From Patescibacteria group bacterium (GTDB taxonomy: Bacteria > Patescibacteriota > Minisyncoccia > Phycocordibacterales > UBA918), in NCBI GenBank assembly GCA_019750255.1, contig JAIEOU010000005.1, forward strand, positions 14,078 through 78,077: 64,000 bases of DNA, in the 5' to 3' direction. A program made the position numbers and the translations under genes. This document shows, in pieces, positions 53,226-61,840 of the stretch. The stretch's first letter is position 1, and the number at the start of each line of letters is the position of its first letter. The notes beneath the pieces are model-generated. The model searched no databases. It was not told the DNA's origin and worked only from the letters and a program-made list of their open reading frames with translations.

Positions 53226-53283
53226 ACAGTTCTGTAAAAGCCAAAAAGCCACCCTAGAGAGGTGGCTTTTGTGTTGACAACTG

Positions 53284-53306
53284 TATCTATAAATAATCTA
53301 TAGATA
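53284..53306. promoter_or_regulatory. Palindrome upstream of LAGLIDADG-like ORF, possible operator
   Basis: TATCTATA-N7-TATAGATA just downstream of TTGACA (53274-53279). Confidence 0.5.
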
Positions 53307-53322
53307 GTATTATGGTTCATAC

Positions 53323-53982
53323 ATGGCAAGTCGCCTTACAAGTGAAGCCGTAGAAGAGATTATAAACTTAAGAAAAACTGGTCATAGTTTGCCAGAGATA
53401 CGGCGAATTACAGGTCGTTCAAACGGTACCGTTTATAATTTGATCTCAAAAACTAATGTTCTGCCAGAATTCGCGTCACTTTTAAAATCAAAGCAAGGTG
53501 GTAGTAAAGAAAGGGCACGAATAGCATGGGAAAGTGCACGCTCTCATGCAAGCAGTATCATTCCCGAAATTTTTTCGCAACAGAGTATTCTTTTAGTGCT
53601 TGCGGCACTATACTGGGGTGAGGGGACGAAGCATGAGCTCAACATAATAAATGGTGACCCTTGTCTGCTACGCACAACCGTTATTGGACTTCGTGCGCTA
53701 GGCGTTCATGATGATGAATTCCGCGTTACGGTTAGGTTGTTTGGAAAGATGCCCGAAGTAGATGCTATAAACTACTGGTCTACAGCTGTTGATGTTCCAA
53801 AACACCAGTTCATAGGTATTGAACGATTGCCGGGTAACGAAAGTAAAAAGCTCCCTCGTGGAATGTGTCGTATCCGAGTTGCAAAAGGAGCAAAGTATTT
53901 CAAACTTATTATGAGTATGATAGATTTGATCAAATCTCAAAATTGCCCTGGTAGTTCAATGGATAGAACTTCGCACTCCTAA
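53323..53982 (+). CDS. HTH plus LAGLIDADG-like domain protein; reads 38 nt into tRNA-Arg
   Basis: LRKTGHSLPEIRRITGRSNGTVY HTH; LAALYWGEGTK, NGDP, YWS, GMCRI; paralog of 16941-17558. Confidence 0.75.
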   Translation: MASRLTSEAVEEIINLRKTGHSLPEIRRITGRSNGTVYNLISKTNVLPEFASLLKSKQGGSKERARIAWESARSHASSIIPEIFSQQSILLVLAALYWGEGTKHELNIINGDPCLLRTTVIGLRALGVHDDEFRVTVRLFGKMPEVDAINYWSTAVDVPKHQFIGIERLPGNESKKLPRGMCRIRVAKGAKYFKLIMSMIDLIKSQNCPGSSMDRTSHS

Positions 53983-54016
53983 CGCGAGAATTCAGGTTCG
54001 ACTCCTGACTAGGGCA
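53945..54016 (+). tRNA. tRNA-Arg(CCT)
   Basis: gccctgg/ctagggc acceptor; tcgca-ctCCTaa-cgcga; GTTCGA T-loop. Confidence 0.9.
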
Positions 54017-54037
54017 CAGAGCTGGTATACTAAAGTT

Positions 54038-54331
54038 ATGAAAGACATCCCCGATGTGGTGACAAACGAGCAGCTAAAAACCTTGCTCGAGGAAAATAAG
54101 CGTCTTCTGTCGGAGAATAACGAAATGCTTCACAAGCTCCGTCGGGGAGCACTATGGGCGACCGTCTTTAGGGTGGTCTGGTTTGCCTTTATTGTAGGGC
54201 TTCCCATTGCTTTGTACTACATGATATTAGAACCTAACCTGGCGACGCTCGAGCGTGCCTGGGGAGTGATTGAATCAAGCGTGCAAGACGTATCTGGGTG
54301 GCAGCGTTTCTTTGATCAAGCGGGTTCGTAA
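54038..54331 (+). CDS. Small hypothetical membrane protein
   Basis: Coiled coil (LLEEN..L..ENNEML) plus TM; extended -10 6 nt upstream. Confidence 0.75.
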   Translation: MKDIPDVVTNEQLKTLLEENKRLLSENNEMLHKLRRGALWATVFRVVWFAFIVGLPIALYYMILEPNLATLERAWGVIESSVQDVSGWQRFFDQAGS

Positions 54332-54476
54332 CCGCAGGAGAGGAGTGGTTGAAAATACTGTCAAAATAGGTACAATACTCCATACCGAAGTAGAGGTGCC
54401 TGCGTGGGTAAGAGGAAACTTACCCAAGCTGCATTCAAACAGAATGTATGCCTAGCATCCATTTCGGTTCTCATTT

Positions 54477-54549
54477 GCTTGGGTAGCTCAGTTGGTAGAG
54501 CATTTCCCTGAAGAGGAAGGGGTCGCCGGTTCGAGCCCGGCCCCAAGCA
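54477..54549 (+). tRNA. tRNA-Phe(GAA)
   Basis: gcttggg/cccaagc acceptor; tttcc-ctGAAga-ggaag. Confidence 0.93.
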
Positions 54550-54578
54550 CAAGAAAAGCGCCTTCGGGCGCTTTTTGC

Positions 54579-55119
54579 GTGCTTGGGGCCGGGCGTGAAG
54601 GGGGTCGGGGAAACAGTTGTTTCCCCGTGGAGGAAGGCAGTGAGCGACGTTAGGAGCGAGCGTTGGAAAACCGTGGGTTTCCAAAGTGCCTGGGCCCTAA
54701 GCTATATTACAAACTAATGCACCTTTCGTCCGGGCTCGAACGCCGGAGCGTTGTCACGAGCGTGCTTCCTAGCGCGAGTGATCACGAGGCGCGTCCAGCG
54801 GTCGTAATGACCGTAGCGTGAGAAGTGAATAAATGTCACTTCGCAAGACTCATTGAGGCACTATATGAGCGGTAGCGAAATATAGAACCCAATGAGTGGA
54901 CAGCTTCTGTAAGAAGTTAGAAAAAGCGGGACGAGCCCGGCCCTAATATGTAACCAAGCCCTGGATTGCTTCGTTGCGACTCGCAAAGACGAGGACCTCG
55001 CCGAGTGGAGGTCGAGCGAGTGAGATAGATTGTGAGCGAAGCTAAACAAAGTATGCACAAGAGTGACCGAGCCCGGCCCAACATTCTCGTGGGTTTCCAA
55101 AGTGCCCAGGCCCGAAGCA
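54579..55119 (+). repeat. Nested array of tRNA-Phe-end-bracketed structured elements
   Basis: Antisense 3'-end copies 54579-54594 and 54730-54741; sense copies 54932-54943 and 55068-55079; 19-nt direct repeat 54672-54690 / 55088-55106. Confidence 0.82.
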
Positions 55120-55198
55120 AATGTATCCTACTAACTTCGAATAAAAAAATATGATATCCGCAAAAAGAAACCGCTCCTTTAGGAGCGGTTGTCTCGTA

Positions 55199-55711
55199 TT
55201 ACTTCTGTACCGCGTTTGTCCGAACTCTAAGCTGCGTACTCCTTTGCTTATCGAGCTTTGGTAGGCGAATCTCAAGCATGCCATGCTTTTCCTGTGCTTC
55301 TGCCTCGTCAATTACAATTTCTTCGGGAAGAAGAATCGACCTCGAGAAGCTGCCCCAGAATAGCTCCCGGTTCTGGTAGTTGTCTTCATGTGTTTCTTGG
55401 AACTCTTCGCGCACGCCACGAATAGTAACCATATCCCGGGTGATTGAAATATCTAAATCTGTTGGACTAACACCGGCCACCAGGGCGCGAATGACGATAG
55501 TGTCGTTTGTTTGGTACATGTCGACGGGAAGTTCGCCCTCTTGTGGGCTACGGGCTGCGCCGGGTTCGCTTTGCCAATTGTCGTCTTCGTCTTGGGTCTC
55601 ATCCTCGGCACTATCGTCGTCACCAAAATGGCGATTATCATCCAGGATGCGGTCGTAATCTTCGCCAGGTGTGGCGCCGGTGAGTCGTTCTAAGAATGAC
55701 GGTTTTTTCAT
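55199..55711 (-). CDS. Hsp20 family protein
   Basis: LPVDMYQT, ELFWGSFSRSILLP, GMLEIRLPK. Confidence 0.92.
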   Translation of the reverse strand: MKKPSFLERLTGATPGEDYDRILDDNRHFGDDDSAEDETQDEDDNWQSEPGAARSPQEGELPVDMYQTNDTIVIRALVAGVSPTDLDISITRDMVTIRGVREEFQETHEDNYQNRELFWGSFSRSILLPEEIVIDEAEAQEKHGMLEIRLPKLDKQRSTQLRVRTNAVQK

Positions 55712-56436
55712 AGTGATGATGGCGCGGGGTTAGTGTCTGATGACTCAAGCAATTTTACTTTTTCAAAGAGAAGAAACAGCATGATGATGCCCATCCAGAC
55801 GAACAGAAATACTCCGAGAATCGTCTCTCCGCTTGCGTCTAGTATAAAAAAGTTAAAGAGCGCATGCAATACGATGGCAATGAATAACCCAACGGTGGCA
55901 TAGACGAGTCTCATGAAGGGTCGTTTATAAAAACCGAGCGCTAGAGCCATACCAACGGTTCCGGAGGCAAGGACGTGAAGTAGGGTGGCGCCAAGGAAAC
56001 GGAAGGTGCCCGCGAGCGCAGAGTCGAGATAGGCTCCTTCGCCCAATGGTCTAAAGATAAAGAGTGCGTTCTCTAGGGCAGCAAACCCAAGCGCAATCAC
56101 AATCATATAAATGACCATATCAATCGGCTCATCGACTTCACGGCGCCACAAGATCACGATGAGCGCGACGGCGTACTTGAGCACCTCTTCAATAATTACC
56201 CACAAGGTCATCAAATTATCACTAGGCGGATAGCACATGCCGGCCTGCATTATGTCGCAGGCAAATTTCTGCAGCGGTAGAGCCAGGGGTACTACCATCA
56301 TGCCCGCGATAAAGGTAATGGCGATAAGGAGGTATGGTTCAGGACGGGTACGGTCCTCTCGCAGCCAAAACCACAACCAAAATAGGGCGGGAATAAGACC
56401 GCCGAGAAAGGCTATGGCAAAGACGGTTGACGTCAT
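55708..56436 (-). CDS. PrsW-family intramembrane protease
   Basis: EEVLKY, LGFAALEN, LLH, LHALFN. Confidence 0.9.
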   Translation of the reverse strand: MTSTVFAIAFLGGLIPALFWLWFWLREDRTRPEPYLLIAITFIAGMMVVPLALPLQKFACDIMQAGMCYPPSDNLMTLWVIIEEVLKYAVALIVILWRREVDEPIDMVIYMIVIALGFAALENALFIFRPLGEGAYLDSALAGTFRFLGATLLHVLASGTVGMALALGFYKRPFMRLVYATVGLFIAIVLHALFNFFILDASGETILGVFLFVWMGIIMLFLLFEKVKLLESSDTNPAPSSL

Positions 56437-56452
56437 GGGTGTAGGTATTGTA

Positions 56453-56488
56453 ACAAGCGCGGCGGCCCTGTAGGGCCGCCGCGCTTGT
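56453..56488. terminator. Strong GC hairpin between the valS-downstream array and the prsW-like gene
   Basis: acaagcgcggcggccc-tgta-gggccgccgcgcttgt. Confidence 0.7.
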
Positions 56489-56515
56489 GTTCTGGGGACG
56501 TGGCTATGATGTAGA

Positions 56516-56940
56516 GTAGCTCGCCACCGCTACTTTTTTAGTATTGAGACAGAACTCGATTCCTTAGTAAGTCGCTGCCACTGGTTTTTTCGCTCCGAAG
56601 CTTAAAACCAGTGAAGCGATTACATAAAGAAAACATAGTCGGTACTTCGTACCTTCTTGTTTCTCCTTAGTAAGTCGCTGCCACTCGTTATCTCGCTTTG
56701 AATCTCGAAACGAGTGAAGTGATTTCACCACAAGGGTACTTCATTTTTATAGTCGCTAGGCTCCTTAAAAATTGGTCGCATAAGGAAAGTATAGTCGGCC
56801 TGTGGCCTCCTTACTTCTCCTTATTATTTCTGCACAGCAGCTCGCCGCCGCTACTTTCCTCGCTTTGATGCTCGAAAGTAGCGAGGCGCCTGCATAATCA
56901 AAATATAGTCGTAGCTGCGCTACTCCTTATTTCTGCACAG
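56516..56940 (-). repeat. Tandem array of structured modules downstream of valS
   Basis: 14-nt duplication of valS end (56824-56837 / 56927-56940); 22-nt direct repeat 56561-56582 / 56664-56685; four ATAGTCG-hairpin units. Confidence 0.88.
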
Positions 56941-59158
56941 GCCACTTCGCAACCATAAGGATTTCACGATCTTTGAGGTTTTTTGGTAGTTCTTGCCAAA
57001 TCGTTTCAGTAACAAACGGCATGAACGGGTGTAGTAATTTTAGGGAGGTGACTAGACATTCAGCTAATACGGCTTGTCTCGATTGTTTTGCTGCCCTGTC
57101 GTTACCGCTAAGAATGGTTTTAGACTCCTCTAAAATCTGATCGGCTAATTCGTGCCAGACGTAATGGTACGCTTTTTCAGCAGCGAGGTGCAAAGAGAAT
57201 TTTTCAATATCGGTTGTTATTTCATTGACCGTGCTCTTCAGTTGACTAAGTATTTCTGTGTCACGTTCAGTTAGCGGTATCGATTCCTGTGGCGTGTAGC
57301 CTTCAATGGAGGTCAAAGTAAAGCGTGTGATGTTCCAGAGCTTGTTGGCAAAGTGTTTGTAGCCTTTAGTCTTTTGCTCAGAGAGAGGGAGATCGTTTCC
57401 GGGAGCGACACCAATGATAAGCGAAAGGCGCACGGCATCTGCACCGTACTTGGCAATCATGTCGAGCGGGTCGATGATGTTACCTAGACTCTTGCTCATC
57501 TTGCGATTCTGCTCATCTCGAACCAGTCCGTGAAGGTACACGTTCTTGAACGGCACTTGTCCTAGGTGGAATGTGGACATAAGGACCATTCGAGCCACCC
57601 AGAAGAAGAGAATGTCATACCCGGTTTCAAGAACACTCGTCGGGTGGTAGGTGGCAAGATCTTTCGTTTTTTCTGGCCAGCCTAATGTTGAAAAGGTCCA
57701 CAAACCAGAAGAGAACCAGGTATCGAGTGTGTCGTTATCTTGTTCCCAGCCATCGCCCTCAGGTGCCGTGGTGTCGCAAAAGACTTCACCGTTTCTGTAC
57801 CAGACTGGTATTCGGTGTCCGTACCAAATCTGCCGTGAAATACACCAGTCTCGTAGGTTTTCAATCCAGTGGTAATAGATACGCTTGAATCGCTCGGGGA
57901 AAATATCGGTTCCACCGTGCTCTACCGCAGCGACCATAAGTTCCTTTAAGGTTACCGAGCTGCCACTTGCGACGCCAGGGATTTCTGAGTGTGGAAGAAT
58001 AAACTTTTTATTGACGTCTATGAACCACTGCTCTTTAATTTGCGGTTCGATAGTACCGCCACCGCGACTATTGGTGGCGACATTGTGTACATATTTTTCG
58101 TCGATTTTATCCACTAAGCCCTTTGACTGTAACTTTTCGATAATAGCAGCACGAGCTTTTTTGATGTGGGTGCCAGCAAACTCTCCGGCAATAGGGAGCA
58201 ATAATCCACGCTCATCGATTACTTGTTGTGTATCGAGTTTGTGTCGTTCAGCAATTTCAAAGTCGGTTGCATCATGCCACGGAGTAATCGTCATTACGCC
58301 CGTACCAAACTCCATGTCGATACTTTCGTCCTTGATTACCGTTGCGGTAATCGGACCGTTAATCCACTCGACCTCTAGCGTTTGTCTGTGGACGTAATCT
58401 TTGTAGCGCTGGTCTTCTGGGTGCATGACCACGTACTTATCGCCAAACTTTGTTTCGGGGCGGGAGGTACCAATGACAAATGGTCCGTACTTGAGGTAGT
58501 AAAACTGATCAGTTTGCTCAACGTGTTCAATTTCGTCGTCAGACACCGTGGTCTGCATCTTTGGGTCCCAGTTTACAATGCGGGCCCCGCGGTAAATGAG
58601 ACCAGCTTCATACATGTTCTTAAACGCCGTCATAACTGCCTTGTATCGCGGTTCATCGAGCGTAAAGGCATACCGTGACCAATCAAGGGAAGATCCCATG
58701 CGTTTGGTTTGGTTGATGATGGTGTCTTTACTCGCTTCAGCAAAGGCGTACACGCGCTTCAAGAACTCTTCCCGTCCAAGGTCGTGCCGGGTTTTTCCCA
58801 CTGCCTTATAAATTTCACTTTCCACTTTTGATTGTGTAGCAATGGCTGCAGAATCAGTACCTGGTATCCATAAGGTACGCTTTCCGAGCATTCGGGAATA
58901 ACGAACAAGGATGTCTTCAACAGCGAGCATAGCGGCGTGTCCCATATGAAGAGTGCCTGTAACATTTGGAGGCGGAAGGACAATCGAAAAGGTATCTGCG
59001 TCTGGTGCCGCAACGCCATGTTCTATGCAGATATCCGGATTAAAAAAACCGCTCTTTTCCCAGTGCGTATAGATACGGTCTTCGTGATCTTTAGGTTCAA
59101 ACGGTTTAAGAAAAACTTCGGGAATGTTTGGGGCGGAGGGCTTTGTTGAATCGCTCAT
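56927..59158 (-). CDS. valS: Valine--tRNA ligase
   Basis: PPPNVTGTLHMGH, DWCISRQIW.GHRIP, KMSKS; ATG 59158. Confidence 0.97.
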   Translation of the reverse strand: MSDSTKPSAPNIPEVFLKPFEPKDHEDRIYTHWEKSGFFNPDICIEHGVAAPDADTFSIVLPPPNVTGTLHMGHAAMLAVEDILVRYSRMLGKRTLWIPGTDSAAIATQSKVESEIYKAVGKTRHDLGREEFLKRVYAFAEASKDTIINQTKRMGSSLDWSRYAFTLDEPRYKAVMTAFKNMYEAGLIYRGARIVNWDPKMQTTVSDDEIEHVEQTDQFYYLKYGPFVIGTSRPETKFGDKYVVMHPEDQRYKDYVHRQTLEVEWINGPITATVIKDESIDMEFGTGVMTITPWHDATDFEIAERHKLDTQQVIDERGLLLPIAGEFAGTHIKKARAAIIEKLQSKGLVDKIDEKYVHNVATNSRGGGTIEPQIKEQWFIDVNKKFILPHSEIPGVASGSSVTLKELMVAAVEHGGTDIFPERFKRIYYHWIENLRDWCISRQIWYGHRIPVWYRNGEVFCDTTAPEGDGWEQDNDTLDTWFSSGLWTFSTLGWPEKTKDLATYHPTSVLETGYDILFFWVARMVLMSTFHLGQVPFKNVYLHGLVRDEQNRKMSKSLGNIIDPLDMIAKYGADAVRLSLIIGVAPGNDLPLSEQKTKGYKHFANKLWNITRFTLTSIEGYTPQESIPLTERDTEILSQLKSTVNEITTDIEKFSLHLAAEKAYHYVWHELADQILEESKTILSGNDRAAKQSRQAVLAECLVTSLKLLHPFMPFVTETIWQELPKNLKDREILMVAKWPVQK

Positions 59159-59235
59159 AAATACGGTTAATTTAAAGCGCATCGTAGCATAAAACAGGCT
59201 ACGCTTGAAGTGTCTAATGAAATTTTATTTTGGTC

Positions 59236-60396
59236 TTACGAAAGAGATTTGTTCCCCTGTGCCCGAAGCTCCCGGGCACCGATCGGAGTGAGCGATGACG
59301 AAAGGTGGGCATGGGCCGCGAGCGCAATCATTACGCTATTATCAGTCGAAAGAGCGATACTCGGTAGGTGGACCTGAAGGTGGGGAAAGGCCAGGGTGGT
59401 GCCAAGAGCGCTAATGCTTTCCCGTAGACGCGCATTAGCAGCGACGCCACCACCAAGAATGACGCTGGCTGCTCCATGCGTCTCTACTGCCTTGGTTAAT
59501 TTAGCAATAAGAACGTGAACGGCTGCATCCTCAAAATCGCGCGCCAGCGCTCTGACCTCGTCGTCAGTGAGGGACTTTTCAGCAATACCGTAGCGGACGG
59601 CGGTCTTGAGTCCAGAAAAAGAGAAGTCCAGGTCCCCTGAATGCAGCATTGGCCGGGGGAGGGAAATATACTCCGGTAGGGAAGCTTTGCGCGCTTCGTC
59701 CGCTCTACGGCTGATTTCTGGTCCTCCGGGATACGGAAGTCCGAGCAGTCGCGCTACTTTATCAAAGGCTTCGCCAACGGCGTCATCGCGCGTCTGTCCG
59801 ATAAGTTCATAGCGGCCCCATTCCTTCATGAGTACTAGTTCGGTGTGGCCACCTGAGACGAGGAGGGCAACGGATGGGAAGGAGAGGTTTGCTAAGCTGC
59901 TTCCGTCAAAGACGGAGGCGAGGATGTGCCCTTCCATATGATTGACGGGGATTACTGGAACATTCCACAGGTGAGCTAGCGCTTTGGCAAAGTTTATGCC
60001 AACCCAGAGGGCGGGCTCAAGCCCGGGTCCATTCGTAACACCGATAGCGTCGATGGGCGGAACGCCATGCTCCTCGTGAAAGGTGAGAAGTTGGTGACAG
60101 AGACCTGGTTCACGGGTGAGTAGGTCTTCTAGCAGAGATTCATCCCGGGTACCGTGCGGATGGGCACCGGTTAACCCGGCTTCCTTAATCGCTTTCTCCA
60201 GCATCGGAACGACCGTCGCTATATGTTCGCGTTTTGCAATAAGCGGAAAGACGCCGCCGTACTCACGATGTATATCAATCTGTGAAAACAGCGCGTTACC
60301 AAGCACCTTATATCTAGCATGAGGAAAATCGCCCGCTGCTTCGACTATACTGATAGCGGTTTCGTCGCAACTGGTTTCGATAGAAAGGAGAAGCAT
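59236..60396 (-). CDS. tsaD: tRNA threonylcarbamoyltransferase TsaD
   Basis: IETSCDET, NHMEGH, VSGGHT, DDAVGEAFDK, FSFSGLKT. Confidence 0.97.
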   Translation of the reverse strand: MLLLSIETSCDETAISIVEAAGDFPHARYKVLGNALFSQIDIHREYGGVFPLIAKREHIATVVPMLEKAIKEAGLTGAHPHGTRDESLLEDLLTREPGLCHQLLTFHEEHGVPPIDAIGVTNGPGLEPALWVGINFAKALAHLWNVPVIPVNHMEGHILASVFDGSSLANLSFPSVALLVSGGHTELVLMKEWGRYELIGQTRDDAVGEAFDKVARLLGLPYPGGPEISRRADEARKASLPEYISLPRPMLHSGDLDFSFSGLKTAVRYGIAEKSLTDDEVRALARDFEDAAVHVLIAKLTKAVETHGAASVILGGGVAANARLRESISALGTTLAFPHLQVHLPSIALSTDNSVMIALAAHAHLSSSLTPIGARELRAQGNKSLS

Positions 60397-60417
60397 GGGT
60401 GCTACTCTAGCGTGCTC

Positions 60418-61263
60418 TTAGAGGAAGGTAAAGGGGAGGTCGTTAAACGTGGCGACGCGGATACTGGCCGCATGTTTGTGTCCACCTGCGTTATATTTTT
60501 CGGCGATTGCTCCGACGTCTATATCACCTTCGCTCCGCAACGAAAGGTGAACCGCACCGCCATAATGATAGTAGACAATACCAAGGGGGATTCTTCCTTC
60601 GGCTGCATTGAGCTTTGCGAGGTGGTGACCGACAATTGACCGGTGTGGTCGAGCTATATTAACGGCGTACACTTCATGGCCTTCAAAAAGCACACGTTCA
60701 CGATAGGTAAGAAGTTCAAGAACGAGGGCGTCAGAAACTTTTGCAGCGGTGGTGCCGGTGGTGACACATTGTCTAAATTCCTGATCGTCTTCTAGTAGTG
60801 TCGCGAGCTGGTCCCAGCGTTCAAAGGATACAGGCTCGAGTGCGACGGCGGCGTTTATTTCGCGGTTATATGGCAGTACAAATTTCCATAAGTCGTGGTC
60901 TTCGACGTAGGTGAGTAATCGGGGAACTGGAGTGTTGGGATGGAAATAACGCCAGGCAAGGACCGCTCCAGAGTGGTCTAGGTCGAAAACGTTTTCAGAA
61001 AAAGCAGTGACGGCTGACTGCGCAGTTGCGTGATGGTCAATGACGACCATTGATTTGTTTACCGAACGTAGCCTGGTAAGTGTCGGAAGGTCAAAGCTGT
61101 AATCGACGACGTAAAGTTCCTTTTCAGTAATTCCGTCCGGCAGGGGTGCTTGTGTCTTCTGTGGTATATAGGTGGCAGTGTCACCAAATTTTTTCCAGGC
61201 TGCAAAGGCAGCACCGAAACCATCTTTACATTGGTCGTGGTAGATAATGACGATGTCTTTCAT
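60418..61263 (-). CDS. DHH/DHHA1 family phosphoesterase
   Basis: YH..C.DG, IDHH, SLRS, GGHKHAA. Confidence 0.9.
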   Translation of the reverse strand: MKDIVIIYHDQCKDGFGAAFAAWKKFGDTATYIPQKTQAPLPDGITEKELYVVDYSFDLPTLTRLRSVNKSMVVIDHHATAQSAVTAFSENVFDLDHSGAVLAWRYFHPNTPVPRLLTYVEDHDLWKFVLPYNREINAAVALEPVSFERWDQLATLLEDDQEFRQCVTTGTTAAKVSDALVLELLTYRERVLFEGHEVYAVNIARPHRSIVGHHLAKLNAAEGRIPLGIVYYHYGGAVHLSLRSEGDIDVGAIAEKYNAGGHKHAASIRVATFNDLPFTFL

Positions 61264-61361
61264 TAGTACAGGGTAGCGCGTAAGTGAGTGGAGTCAAGGA
61301 AGGGTGCGGGACTCGACCCGCAATCGCGGATTTTGTTGCGTCTTTAAGAGTAATTATTTAC

Positions 61362-61504
61362 GGACTCGGTCACGAATCACTAAGTATATTTGTTCGTCTG
61401 CGACTCCAAATCTACTAAGTGTTCTTGACCACGGCTCACTGGTTCGTCGCCCAAGGGAAGGGGCGACTCACATCGCTGCGCCTTTCGAGTCCTGTGTCGC
61501 GCAC
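61362..61504 (-). repeat. tRNA-end-bracketed structured element (Val copy)
   Basis: Inverted tRNA 3'-end copy 61484-61504 (20/21); core homologous to 23322-23433; short sense T-arm copy 61362-61368. Confidence 0.88.
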
Positions 61505-61553
61505 ATAAAGCAAAGAAGGGTCATGCTGTGCATGACCCGACTTATTGCTTTAG

Positions 61554-61626
61554 TGCGCGATACAGGACTCGAACCTGTGACCTCCACAATGTCAATGTGA
61601 TGCTCTACCAGCTGAGCTAACCGCGC
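61554..61626 (-). tRNA. tRNA-Val(GAC)
   Basis: Reverse complement cloverleaf; tcaca-ttGACat-tgtgg. Confidence 0.95.
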
Positions 61627-61840
61627 AAATGTGTCCACGATGGTAGCATAATAAATAAGGCACGTAAAACCAGAGTAAGCGGTCAGGACTGGGTTTGTCG
61701 GGGTCCGAAAAAAGTCACCTTAACATCGAAACCTCGATGGATTATGAGAGGTGTGGCTAAGAATTGATATTTTTTATTCACCAGTACTGGCACAAGAACA
61801 GCTCGTTTCACTCTTTGTCTTGATATAATAGAAATGCATT

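Noticed and set aside
54386-54430. Lysine riboswitch-like start (GAAGTAGAGGTGC)
   Set aside because: Only the first motif is present, there is too little room for the full aptamer, and a tRNA follows.
54361-55120. Short minus-strand ORFs over tRNA-Phe and its repeats (similar ones at 17471-17834, 22806-23644, 61304-61600)
   Set aside because: Shadow ORFs across tRNAs, the intron and structured repeats.
56561-56940. CRISPR array or group I intron remnants (ATAGTC resembles the S element)
   Set aside because: Inter-repeat segments are homologous hairpins, not unique spacers; no matching P7 partner or P3-P6 core found.
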